A stretch of 64,000 bases of DNA from Eledone cirrhosa. Taxonomy: Eukaryota. The stretch covers positions 271,250,001 through 271,314,000 of the forward strand of contig OZ024743.1 of NCBI GenBank assembly GCA_964016885.1, given 5' to 3'. The translations under genes and the position numbers were made by a program. This document shows, piece after piece, positions 13,561-26,760 of the stretch. The first letter of the stretch is position 1; every line of letters starts with the position of its first letter. The notes below the pieces were generated by a model, which saw nothing but the letters and a program-made list of their open reading frames with translations, searched no databases and was not told the DNA's origin.

Positions 13561-14801
13561 CATCATCTTCATCATCATCGTTTAACGTCCATTTTCCACG
13601 CTAGCATGGGTCTGGACGGGAATTGTCCCACTTGAGGCAAGATTGGTTGTCTTGCTCGTATAGGACTGTCTGGCAGGTTTTCTGCGGCTGGATGCCCTTC
13701 CTAACACCAACCACATTTACATTGTGGTGGACTGGGAGGTTTTTACCGTGTTACCTACACGGCTACATTACAGCGTGGACTGTGTGTTTTTTTGTCGTGA
13801 CACTTACACAACCTCATTTGTTTCGGACTGGATGTTGTGGTACCAACATAACTTCACATTTAAGGGGGGGTAGGGGGGTATTGTGTTAGAGGTGCCTACT
13901 GACTGTAGGTTTCGCTTTGTACTTAGGCAAGGCGGGTCTTCTGTATAACTGTGTAGCGTCAAAGATCTCGGTCCAGTGACATTGTCTTGGAGAGGTGTAA
14001 GTGTGTGAGGTCGGATTTTATCAAGTCGTCCCAGGTTTTTCTGGGTCTGCCTACTCCGTCGCTACCGTCTATTTTTATCGCCCTGCACTTTTTTATACAG
14101 CTGTCGTCTTTCATGCTCATCACATGACTGTACCAACGTAGTCTTCTCTCGAGTAAACAACATCTGATCCCTCTTATTCCTAATTTCTCCCTTAGTTCGT
14201 TTATGCTTTGCCGTTCACGTATATTACTATTACACATCCAGCAGAGCATGCAAGCTTCGTTCCTCTCCAGTCTGCGTATATCCTCTGCACACAAGGCCCA
14301 TGTCTCACTGCCATGTAACATTGCTGTTTGTATGCAGGCATCATACAACCTGCCTTTCATTTTTAGAGATAACCCTTTAGCGGCCAATAGTGCTATAAGC
14401 TCTCTGAACTTTTTCCATCCCGTTCTGACTGTAGCTACTGTACTTTCAGAGCACCCTCCCCCACTGCTGATTTTCTCACCCAGGTAACGGAAGCTGTCCA
14501 CTATTTCTATAGAACCATCTGTGCAATGGAATGAGCTAGTATTTTGTGGGCACTTGCTGCTATTTATTGCACCAGAGCACCGGCCACATATAAAATCTAT
14601 ATTCTTAGTTAGCTTACCTGTGATCCCACTACATCTTTTATGCACCTATACTTTGCATTTGGGACATAAAATGGAGTTTCTGCCTACTTCTTTCCTACAC
14701 ACTGAGCATGGCCATTTCCCAGATGGGACTGGTGCCCTATTTTCCTTCCTACAAACTAGAACTTTAGTTTTAGACAAGTTAATTTTAAGGCCTTTTGATT
14801 C
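13560..14801 (-). mobile_element. RTE LINE family A copy, 5'-truncated, inserted in (TA)n
   Basis: ORFs 14646-14897 and 13959-14645 closely match the 5864-6787 protein; (CAT)n tail at 13560. Confidence 0.95.
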
Positions 14802-15065
14802 TATATATATAGCTATAAATATAAATATTGCCAGAAATATCAAAAACCTTGCAAAAAGAATATATATATATATATATATACACACAGAGATATCCACGGT
14901 AAGTTGTGGGGTCTAGTCTGCATGAAGAACTCAATGTAATCCATATGTTGAAAATGTTATAGGTTAAAATAAATCCCGGAAAACAATAAAACATTAAAAG
15001 GAAAACAGAGTCATTATATAAGTTAAAACAATGAAATAAAAATTCAAGTCATTAGAAATATACTT

Positions 15066-15207
15066 CACTGCTTTACGATCGTTTCTAGGTGGTGATAATA
15101 CATCGTAACCATACTTCGTTATCGATCTATGTAAGGTTAGTTGCAAAATATCAGATAAGGAAAATATTTACTTACATGTATATCACCAGCTGTTGTCAAA
15201 AGCAATG
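15066..15207 (-). ncRNA. Hammerhead ribozyme with U3-A8 variant core (PLE-2 inverted repeat)
   Basis: Minus strand: CATTGCTT-TTGACAA-C-AGCTGGTGATA ... TATCACCACCT-A-GAAACGATCGTA-AAGCAGTG. Confidence 0.72.
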
Positions 15208-15603
15208 AGAATTTTATTCAAAATTAGTAGTAAATTGAGTTATATGACCTTATTTGGAGGTAGCTGAAGAACAAACCAATCAGATTGTTTTTTTTTTCCA
15301 TATGATGTTAAGATGAAAATTAATTCACTTAGTTGAGGTCATGACCCTTTGAAAGGAATGGTTGAATGGTGTTAACAATAGAATTGCTATAAATAATCTA
15401 TGAGGAAAAGGGGGATTGTCATATTGATAGTTGAATGTATATGGTATAGTGAGGTTTAAAAGGAATGTAAACATTAAATATTGAGTTGTGTTGTATGGAG
15501 TTTTTAGGTGAATATAAATTATGGTCATGACCAGGAAAGATAGTATATTAAAAGATGAAAATTATAATAAGATAATGAAATATAGTAATACAATAATATA
15601 ATA

Positions 15604-15703
15604 TAATTGTTTCTACTTTTGGCACAAGGCCAGAAATTACCCAGTGCATTACTGGTACTTTATTTTATCGACCCCGGAAGGATGAAAGGCAAAGTTAACC
15701 TCG
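15604..15703 (-). mobile_element. SINE family M, 5'-truncated, inserted in the PLE-2 inverted arm only
   Basis: AATTGTTTCTACTTTTGGCACAAGGCC ... GGCAAAGTTAACCTCG; absent from the forward arm near 19855. Confidence 0.88.
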
Positions 15704-16086
15704 TACGGTGTGGTACATTGTACATAGTATAATACAGCGTATGATACGTCTTAAAATACTTTCAAGTATGTCCATGTAGAAATAATCAAACTCAGATAAA
15801 TGCATGTTGACATATAGTCAAAACGTATAAATTTTATATATCACAAAGTGAATATACCCACATTATAGATAGAGGTATAGTTATATTGATACTCACTTAA
15901 AAACTTACATACGCATAAATAGATGTAAACATATAAATACATCTACATATGTGCACACAATCATATACACATATATATATATACACATATACCCACCTAT
16001 ACACACATACATATATGTACATACACATACATGTACACACACACACATAAACACTCATACACATATACATATATACACACATATAT

Positions 16087-17263
16087 ATCATCATCACCGT
16101 TTTACGTCCGTTCTTCCACGCTAGCATGGGTTAGATGGGTTGTCCTGTTGTGGGCAGTGTCTGGTCGGTTGACCATGCCTTGCTCATACAGGAACTGATT
16201 TGGCTTGATTTCTACAGCTGGATGCCCTTCCTAACACCAACCTCATTTACAATGAGTGCTGGGTGCTTTTTCGTGGCGCCTACACGTCCACTTTACAGTG
16301 TGGGCTGGGTGCTTTTTTGCCGTGGCACCTCCACGACCACTTTGCAGTGGGAGGGTGTGGGATCATATTGTCTATATGCTTCAGCTTGTACCCTTGGGAG
16401 GTCGGTACTCTGTATTACTGCGTGACGCCAGAGGTCACAGTCGTGTGTCATCGCCTTGGAGTGGTGTAATTGGGTAAGGTCGGCTTTTATCACCTCATCC
16501 CAGGTCATCTTGGCTCTCCCCACTCCGCTGTTTCCATGGACTTCTAGTGCTCTGCACCTTTTTATGCAGCTGTCATCCTTCATACGCATCACATGTCCAT
16601 ACCAACGCAACCGCCTCTCCTGCACACAGCATTTGATTCCTCTTATGCTCAGTCTCTCTCTCAATTCATTTATGCTTTGTCGTTCACGGATATTACTATT
16701 ACACATCCATCGGAGCATGCAGGCTTCGTTTCTCTCTAATCTACGTAAGTCTTCCACCTTCAGCGCCCAGGTCTCACTACCATGTAACATTGCTGTTCGG
16801 ATACACGCATCATACAGTCTGCCTTTCATTTTGAGCGAGAAGCCTTTTGCAGCTAGCAGTGGTAGTAGTTCCCTGAACTTCTTCCATCCCGTTCTTACCC
16901 TAGTTATTGTACTTTCCGAACACCCACCTCCGTTGCTAATTCGGTCACCTAGGTAGCAGAAGCTGTCTACTGTCTCTACAGAGCCCTCCCAGAGATTGGT
17001 GGTACTTGTTTACTGTGGCTGTTTGCTGCTTGCTGTCCCAGTACAGCTGCTGCATGTGAAGCCTACATTCTTAATTAAGCTTCCTGAGATCCCGCTACAT
17101 CTCTTGTGTACCCATTGTTTGCATTTGGAGCAGAGAATGGAGTTCCTACCTACACCTTTCCTACATACTGAGCAAGGCTGTTTCCATGGGGGGTCTGGGT
17201 TCTGTTTTCTCGTCTACTTACAAGGACCTTAGTCTTTGTCATGTTGACTTTGAGACCCTTTCT
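16087..17263 (-). mobile_element. RTE LINE family B, 5'-truncated, inserted in the TA tract of the PLE-2 inverted arm
   Basis: ORF 16293-16829 ([28 protein letters not shown]); PHD remnants at 17040-17180; (CAT)n tail. Confidence 0.93.
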
Positions 17264-20256
17264 ATATATATATATATATATTCTCATATCATACATACAT
17301 AGATACATATTTACTCATGCAATTACGGGTGGTTGTGTACCTTGATGCCTTTAGTCATTAACACATAAACCTAAGGAAGCTAAAGAATTAAAAGGTAAGA
17401 AATAAGCATGAATGCGTATAATTAGGGGAAAGGGATACTAACAAATGTTACGCTACACAGAATTATAGTGAGTTGTTATTTAGAATATTTAACTAGGTTT
17501 ATAGTATTTAAATGTTTTTCGTATACGGTGATTACAAACTATGATCAGTTCCTGTCTTTTATTCAATAAATCGTCCTTAGATTTAGTAATTTCCAAGATC
17601 TCCCCTGAACATAACCTGCATTCTCTCCTGTTCCAAAGATATGGAATCCTTTGTAGAATGGTGTTCCACGATAGCTTGACATCTATTTTTTTCTTTTTAT
17701 AGTTATTTACAGCTTCAGCTAAAGATGTGGTGTTAGCTAGTTTAGTATTGTTAAAACTACTAGAGTGTGCGTAATATCTTTTCTTAAATGTGTTCGATGT
17801 AGATCCTATATATGTTTTGTTGGAGTCCTTTATATGTTTTGTTGGCTCTATACTCAAAAACTTAGTATATAACATATCTCTTAAACTTTCTAAATTATCT
17901 TCTAATGAGGATATATTTTATAATAATGCACCCTTCTACAACGAAGCCCTAACTAGAAGTGGATATAAAGAAAAAATTTCATATATTCCCAACACTACTA
18001 TGGACCAAAATATAAAACCTAGCAAAAACTACAAACACCAAAAAATACCATCGAAACAAATACCAAATGGGGTTATTCCTAACACACCAAACAACCGAAA
18101 AACCACAACAACTATTACTACACGATCTATGACCAATGTTAACAACTCACATATGACTACCAAACATTCAACCTCTCATAATCTATCCAATAATTGTTTC
18201 TACTTTAGGCACAAGGCCAGCAATCTATCCAATAATAACACCAAATACAACCACGGTAGTTTACCAAATTCCACAAATACAGATACCAACCATAAGAACT
18301 CTTCTAGAACACAGTAAATTAATATAAGTGGTAATAAGAACTTAACTAAAAACCGCAAAAGAAACATAACATGGTACAACGCACCCTTCAACCTGCAAAC
18401 TATTGGACAAATCCCCCAAAAATTCTTCGAAATTCTACATAAACATTTTCCACCAAACCACAGATACCACCAAATATTTAACAGGTATACTGTTAAATTC
18501 TCATACTCTACATCAAACAATCTCCAGCAAAAAATAAGCAACTACAACATTTATAAATTTAAAAATAATATGACTACACCACCACAACATAATTTAAATA
18601 GGACTGCACCTTTTAAAAGGACAAATAATACAATCCTTCAACCTGGAAAACACAACCACACAAAAACAACATAGAACAAAATCACAATACAACCCTAGCA
18701 CTAAACCACCCACAAAGCAACCTTCATTCTCCCGTTAACATTAATTACAATAAGAATAGCTCAAGGATTAATGAGAACTGTATAGGTACCCCCAACAACC
18801 ATCTTACGTATGGTTGTAATTGCAGAAATAGAAGCATTTGTCCCTTAAATGGCAACTGTTTGATTAATAATGTAATATATAAATGCACTGTGTCTACTAC
18901 TGACTCCAACAAAACATATATAGGATCTACATCGAACACATTTAAGAAAAGATATTACGCACACTCTAGTAGTTTTAACAATACTAAACTAGCTAACACC
19001 ACATCTTTAGCTGAAGCAGTAAATAACTATAAAAAGAAAAAAATAGATATCAAGCTATCGTGGAACACCATTCTACAAAGGACTCCATATCTTGGGAACA
19101 GGGGAGAATGCAGGTTATGTTCAGGGGAGATCTTGGAAATTACTAAATCTAAGGACGATTTATTGAATAAAAGACAGGAACTGATTATAGTTTGTAATCA
19201 CCGTATACGAAAAACATTTAAATACTATAAACCTAATTAAATATTCTAAATAACAACTCATTATAATTCTGTGTAGCGTAACATGTGTTAGTATCCCTTG
19301 CCCCTAATTATACGCATTCATGCTTATTTCTTACCTTTTAATTTTTTAGCTTCCTTAGATTTATGTGTTAATGACTAAAGGCATCAAAGTACACAACCAC
19401 CCGTAATTGCATGAGTAAATATGTATCTATGTATGTATGATATGAGAATATATATATGTGTGTGTGTATATATGTATATGCGTGTATATGTGTATGAGTG
19501 TTTATGTGTGTGTGTACATGTATGTGTATGTACATATATGTATGTGTGTATAGGTGTGTATATGTGTATATATATATATTTATATATATATATGATTGTG
19601 TGCACATATGTAGATGTATGTATATGTTTACATCTATTTATGTGTATGTATGTTTTTAATTGAGTATCAATATAACTATACCTCTATCTACAATGTGGGT
19701 ATATGCACTTTGTGATATATAAAATTTATGCGTTTTCACAATATGTCAACATGCATTTATTTGAGTTTGATTACTTCTACATGGACATACTTGAAAGTAT
19801 TTTAAGTTGTATCATACGCTGTATTATACTATGTACAATGTATCACACCGTACTATATTGTGTTACATTATATTATATTATTGTATTACTATATTTCATT
19901 ATGTTATTATCTTTTAATATACTATCTTTCCTGGTCATGACCATAATTTATATTCACCTAAAAACTCCATACAACACAACTCAACATTTAATTTTTACAT
20001 TCCTTTTAAACCTCACTATACCATATACATTCAACATTCAATATGACAATCCTCTTTTTCCTCATAGGTTCTTTATAGCAATTCTATTGTTAACACCATT
20101 CAACCATTCCTTTCAAAGGGTCATGACCTCAACTAAAGTGAATTATTTTTCATCTTAACATCATATGGAAAAAAAACAATCTGATTGGTTTGTTCTTCTG
20201 CTACCTCCAAATAAGGTCATAGAACTCAATTTACTACTAATTTTGAATAAAATTCT

Positions 20257-20398
20257 CATTACTTTTGACAACAGTTGGTGATATACATGTAAGTAAATAT
20301 TTTCCTTATCTGATATTTTGTAACTAACCTTACATAGATCGATAACGAAGTATGGTTACGATGTATTATCATCACCTAGAAACGATCGTAAAGCAGTG
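20257..20398 (+). ncRNA. Hammerhead ribozyme with U3-A8 variant core (PLE-2 3' end)
   Basis: CATTACTT-TTGACAA-C-AGTTGGTGATA ... TATCATCACCT-A-GAAACGATCGTA-AAGCAGTG. Confidence 0.7.
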
Positions 20399-20457
20399 AA
20401 GTATATTTCTAATGACTTGAATTTTTATTTCATAGTTTTAACTTATATATATATATA

Positions 20458-20941
20458 TACACTTACATCTCTTTAAGACAATGTCACTGGACCGAGATCT
20501 TTGGCGCTACGCAGTAAGACAGAAGACCCGCCTTGCCTATGTACAAAGCGAAACCTACAGTCAGTAGGAACCTCTTAACCAAATATACGCCCCCATCCCA
20601 CTACCCCTACTCCACCACCCCACCGCCATCAACTCCACCCCTTTCTCTGTAAAGTTATGTTGGTACCACAACATCCAATCCGAAACAAATGAGGTCGTGT
20701 AGGTGTCACGACAAAAAAACACACAGTGAACGCTGTAATGTGGCCATGTAGGTAACGCGGTAAAAACCTCCCAGTTCCACACTGTAAATGTGGTTGGTGT
20801 TAGGAAGGGTATCCATCAGTAGAAAACCTGCCAGACAGTCCTATACGAACGACACGACCAATCTTGCCTCAAGTGGGACAATTCCCATCTAAAACCATGC
20901 TAGCCTGGAAGATGGACATTAAACGATGATGATGATGATGA

Positions 20942-20946
<5 letters not shown>
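20458..20946 (+). mobile_element. 3' end of an RTE family A copy
   Basis: Matches 6705-7175; (GAT)n tail; bounded by (TA)n. Confidence 0.9.
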
Positions 20947-20972
<26 letters not shown>

Positions 20973-21508
20973 ACGATGATAATACAAAGAGCATCCAGTG
21001 ATAGAAAGCTTGCCAAACAAAGAGTAGGGAGGACCCTTCAGTTGTTGTCAAAGACATGACAACCTACCCTGTGCACTTGATAGAATATAAGACCATATGT
21101 AAGTGAGAAGCAGATCCCCTGCCCTCCCTGGGAGGTCAGTAGCCTCACTCTCACTTCAATACAAACTTGGTCTATGTAGACCTGTCCAAACTTGCTAACA
21201 AGGAAAGCAGATATTAAACAATGATGATGATGATGGTGATAGTGATGGTGGTGATGATGATATATATAAATGACATCTGCAAGACAAGAATTTCTGATGA
21301 TTTCTATAAAAAAAAAAACAGAAACACTTTTAGTCTTGTAGAAGTCATTCCTATATGAAATAAATATGTACATTTTCTACTAATCTCTGGGTTACCTCAT
21401 TTAACTGTGGTTCTTTTCCATTCCTCTTTGGGAAATCATTCTTAATTCCACACACACTCATACACTCACACACACGCACACATACACACACTCACACATA
21501 CACACACT

Positions 21509-21541
<33 letters not shown>

Positions 21542-21622
21542 TTGTGTGTGTGTATTGTGGTCCTTTCCTGTACATCAGCTGGAGCAACAAGGTAAAAAGG
21601 CAAGGCGTGTATATATACATAA

Positions 21623-21684
<62 letters not shown>

Positions 21685-21841
21685 ATATATATAAAGAGAG
21701 AGAGAGAGAGAGAGAGAGAGGTAATGAATCAGATTAAATGCCTCAGTATTTGTTGAGTTTCTTTGCAGTTGTGCAGACTTTCTCGCTGTAATTTGAAATT
21801 CTATCTTTAGATATATGTCTTCAGACATAAGATTATCTTGT

Positions 21842-24800
21842 TTATAATGTGTGTATGTTGTCTGTGTATATATAATGTTTGTATGTTGTCTGTGTATATA
21901 TAATGTGTGTATGTTGTCTGTATATATATAATGTGTGTATGTTGTCTGTGTATATATTATGTGTGTATGTTATATGTGTATATATAATGTGTGTATGTTG
22001 TCTGTGTATATATAATGTGTGTATGTTGTCAGTGTATATATAATGTGTGTATGTTGTCTGTGTATATATAATGTGTGAATGTTGTCAGTGTATATATAAA
22101 GTGTGTATGTTGTCTGTGTATATATAATGTGTGTATGTTGTCTGTGTATATATAATGTGTGTATGTTATCTGTTTATATATAATGTGTATGTTGTCAGTG
22201 TATATATAATGTGTGTATGTTATCTGTGAATATATAATGTGTGTCTGTTGTCAGTGTATATATAATGTGTGTATATATAATGTGTGTATGTTGTCTGTGT
22301 ATATATAATGTGTGTATGTTGTCTGTGTATTTATAATGTGTATATGTTATCTGTGTATATATAATGTGTGTATGTTGTCTGTGTATATATAATGTGTGTA
22401 TGTTGTCTGTGTATATATAATGTGTATATGTTGTCAGTGTATATATAATGTGTATGTTATCTGTGTATATATAATGTGTGTATGTTATCTGTGTATATAT
22501 AATGTGTGTATGTTGTCTGTGTATATATAATGTGTGTATGTTATATGTGTATATATAATGTGTGTATGTTATCTGTGTATTTATAATGTGTGTATGTTGT
22601 CTGTGTATATATAATGTGTGTATGTTATCTGTGTATGTATAATGTGTGTATGTTGTCTGTGTATATATAATGTGTGTATGTTGTCTGTGTATATATAATG
22701 TGTGTATGTTATCTGTGTATATATAATGTGTATATGTTATCTGTGTATATATAATGTGTATATGTTGTCAGTGTATATATAATGTGTATGTTATCTGTGT
22801 ATATATAATGTGTGTATGTTATCTGTGTATATATAATGTGTGTATGTTGTCTGTGTATATATAATGTGTGTATGTTATATGTGTATATATAATGTGTGTA
22901 TATTGTCTGTGTATATATAATGTGTATATGTTATCTGTGTATATATAATGTGTGTATGTTATCTGTGTATATATAATGTGTGTATGTTATCTGTGTATAT
23001 ATAATGTGTGTATGTTATCTGTTTATATATAATGTGTATATGTTATCTGTGTATATATAATGTGTATGTTGTCTGTGTATATATAATGTGTATATGTTGT
23101 CAGTGTATATATAATGTGTGTATGTTGTCTGTGTATATATAATGTGTATGTTATCTGTGTATATATAATGTGTGTATGTTGTCTGTGTATATATAATGTG
23201 TGTATGTTGTCTGTGTATATATAATGTGTATATGTTGTCAGTGTATATATAATGTGTATGTTATCTGTGTATATATAATGTGTCTATGTTGTCTGTGTAT
23301 ATATAATGTGTGTATGTTGTCTGTGTATATATAATGTGTGTATGTTGTCTGTGTATATATAATGTGTGTATGTTGTCTGTGTATTTATAATGTGTGTATG
23401 TTATCTGTGTATATATAATGTGTGTATGTTGTCTGTGTATTTATAATGTGTGTATGTTATCTGTGTATATATAATGTGTGTATGTTGTCTGTGTATATAT
23501 AATGTGTGTATGTTGTCTGTGTATATATAATGTGTATATGTTGTCAGTGTATATATAATGTGTATGTTATCTGTGTATTTATAATGTGTCTATGTTGTCT
23601 GTGTATATATAATGTGTGTATGTTATCTGTGTATATATAATGTGTATATGTTATCTGTGTATATATAATGTGTATATGTTGTCAGTGTATATATAATGTG
23701 TATGTTATCTGTGTATATATAATGTGTGTATGTTATCTGTGTATATATAATGTGTGTATGTTGTCTGTGTATATATAATGTGTGTATGTTATATGTGTAT
23801 ATATAATGTGTGTATGTTATCTGTGTATATATAATGTGTGTATGTTATCTGTTTATATATAATGTGTATATGTTATCTGTGTATATATAATGTGTATGTT
23901 GTCTGTGTATATATAATGTGTGTATGTTGTCTGGGTATATATAATGTGTGTATGTTGTCTGTGTATATATAATGTGTGTATGTTATCTGTGTATATATAA
24001 TGTGTATATGTTATCTGTGTATATATAATGTGTATATGTTGTCAGTGTATATATAATGTGTATGTTATCTGTGTATATATAATGTGTGTATGTTATCTGC
24101 GTATATATAATGTGTGTATGTTGTCTGTGTATATATAATGTGTGTATGTTATATGTGTATTTATAATGTGTGTATGTTGTCTGTGTATATATTATGTGTG
24201 TATGTTATCTGGGTATATATAATTGTTTCTACTTTTGGCACAAGGCCAGCAATTATCCAGTGCATTACTGGTACTTTATTTTATCGACCCCGTAAGGATG
24301 AAAGGCAAAGTTAACCTCGGCGGGATTTGAACTCAAACCATAAAGGGGCGTAACTCTTTGCTGCAAAGCATAGCGTCAGACCCTCTACCGATACTGCCAA
24401 TCCACCGTATATAATGTGTGTATGTTGTCTGTGTATATATAATGTGTGTATGTTATCTGTGTATATATAATGTGTATATGTTATCTGTGTATATATAATG
24501 TGTATATGTTGTCAGTGTATATATAATGTGTATGTTATCTGTGTATATATAATGTGTGTATGTTATCTGTGTATATATAATGTGTATGTTATCTGTGTAT
24601 ATATAATGTGTGTATGTTGTCTGTGTATATATAATGTGTGTATGTTGTCTGTCTATATATAATAAGTGTAGGTTGTCAGTGTATATATAATGTGTGTATG
24701 TTATATGTGTATATATAATGTGTGTATGTTATCTGTGTATATATAATGTGTGTATGTTGTCTGTGTATATATAATGTGTGTATGTTATATGTGTATATAT

Positions 24801-25782
24801 AATGTGTATGTTATCTGTGTATATATAATGTGTATATGTTGTCAGTGTATATATAATGTGTATGTTATCTGTGTATATATAATGTGTGTATGTTGTCTGT
24901 GTATATATAATGTGTGTATGTTATCTGGGTATATATAATGTGTGTATGTTGTCTATGTATATATAATGTGTGTATGTAATCTGGGTATATATAATGTATG
25001 TTGTCTGGGTATATATAATGTGTGTATGTTATCTGTGTATATATAATGTGTGTATGTTATCTGTGTATATATAATGTGTATATGTTATCTGTGTATATAT
25101 AATGTGTGTATGTTGTCTGTGTATATATAATGTGTGTATGTTATCTGTGTATTTATAATGTGTATATGTTATCTGTGTATATATAATGTGTGTATGTTGT
25201 CTGTGTATATATAATGTGTGTATGTTATCTGTGTATTTATAATGTGTATATGTTGTCTGGGTATATATAATGTGTGTATGTTATCTGTGTATTTATAATG
25301 TGTGTATGTTGTCTGTGTATATATAATGTGTGTATGTTATCTGTGTATATACAATGTGTGTATATTATCTGTGTATATATAATTGTTTCTACTTTTGGCA
25401 CAATGCCAGCAATTACACAGTACATTACTGGTACTTTATTTTATCGACCCCGTGTATGTTATCTGTGTATATATAATGTGTGTAGCTTGTCTGTGTATAT
25501 ATAATGTGTGTATGTTGTCTGTCTATATATAATAAGTGTAGGTTGTCTGTGTATTTATAATGTGTGTATGTTATCTGTGTATATATAATGTGTGTAGGTT
25601 GTCTGTGTATTTATAATGTGTGTATGTTATCTGTGTATATATAATGTGTGTAGGTTGTCTGTGTATATATAATGTGTGTATCTTGTCTGTGTATATATAA
25701 TGTGTATATGTTGTCAATGTATTTATAATGTGTGTATGTTGTCTGTGTATATATAATGTGTGTATCTTGTCTGTGTATTTAT
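21842..25782. repeat. About 28-bp minisatellite (TGTGTATATATAATGTGTGTATGTTRTC)n, about 3.9 kb, with SINE insertions
   Basis: Tandem unit seen directly; 26-bp variants occur. Confidence 0.97.
24221..24407 (-). mobile_element. Full-length SINE family M inside the minisatellite
   Basis: Minus strand: A-box TGGCAGTATCGG, B-box GAGTTCAAATCC, central domain, 3' tail; a truncated copy lies at 25381-25453. Confidence 0.9.
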
Positions 25783-26281
25783 GTTGTCAATATGCTGTGT
25801 TATGAGAAGTGCTTCCATCATTGATCATCTATTTTTGTTGGAGAATCCTATACACTTTGAATATATTATATACTAATATTTTCTATCTAACTTTGTTATA
25901 TGTTATGTGCTCTTGTTTATAGTAATTGCTCCTTGTTGCTAATGCATGGAGACAATAAATGGGTGTTATATTTGCATTATCAATGTAACAGTTGAAGTTG
26001 GAAAGTTTATAGATTTCTCTTGGTCATTTATATCATGTTCTTGGTTTCACATGTTTTGTGCGTGGTTTATTACTGATAAGCTTTTTAGGGTTTTTGTAGT
26101 ACTAAATATTATGAAGGCAATGAATTGGCAGAGTTGTTAGAACATTGTATGGAATGCTTTGTGGTATTCATTCCAGCTATATGCTGTCTAAGTTCAAATC
26201 CCGCTGAAGTCAACCTTACCTTTCATCCATTCAAAGTTCATAAAATGTACCAGTCTAGTACTGGGTTCAATTCTTGGATCA

Positions 26282-26760
26282 GGTGACATGTAGTTTAATG
26301 GTTAGGATGTTGGTCTAACAATCACCAGATCATGAGTTCAATTCCTGGACTAGATGACATGAAGTTTAATGTTTAGGGTGTTGGACTAAAGATAATCAAA
26401 CCGTGGTTTCAATTGTTGGACTGGGTGGCATATAGTTTAATGTTTAGGGTGTTGGAATAAAGATAATAAGATTATGGGTTCGATTCCTGGACTGGGTGGC
26501 ATGTAGTTTAATTTTTAAGGTGTTGGATTGACAATAATCAAATGATGAGTTCAATTCCTGAACTGGATGACATGTAGTTTAATGGTTAGGGTTTTGGCCT
26601 AAAAATCGCCAGACCATGTTTGATTCCTGGACTGAGTAACATGAGTTTAATGATTAGAGTGTTGGATTAACAACAATCACCAGATCATGGGTTCTATTCC
26701 TGGACTGGATGGTGTGTTGTATTTTTGAGCAAAATACTTTATTTCCATTTTACTTCTTCT
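26282..26760 (+). repeat. Tandem array of six roughly 70-bp tRNA-like SINE heads ending in a CORE-like segment
   Basis: Repeated GACATGTAGTTTAATGGTTAGG..GTTGG..GGTTCAATTCCTGGACTG, then TTGAGCAAAATACTTTATTTC. Confidence 0.8.

Larger units (their letters stand above)
14885..20445 (+). mobile_element. Penelope-like element PLE-2: forward body 17830-20445 (RT C-terminus, GIY-YIG, 3' UTR) preceded by an inverted terminal repeat (about 15015-17828 on minus), itself interrupted by an RTE and a SINE
   Basis: KLSSNEDIF..APFYNEAL..SGY, RNITWYNAPF, KHFPPNHRY, CNCRNRSICPLNGNC, VIYKC..YIGSTSNTFKKRYYAH, CRLCSGE, LLNKRQEL; 18902-20443 is mirrored at 17828-17270 plus 16086-15015. Confidence 0.92.
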
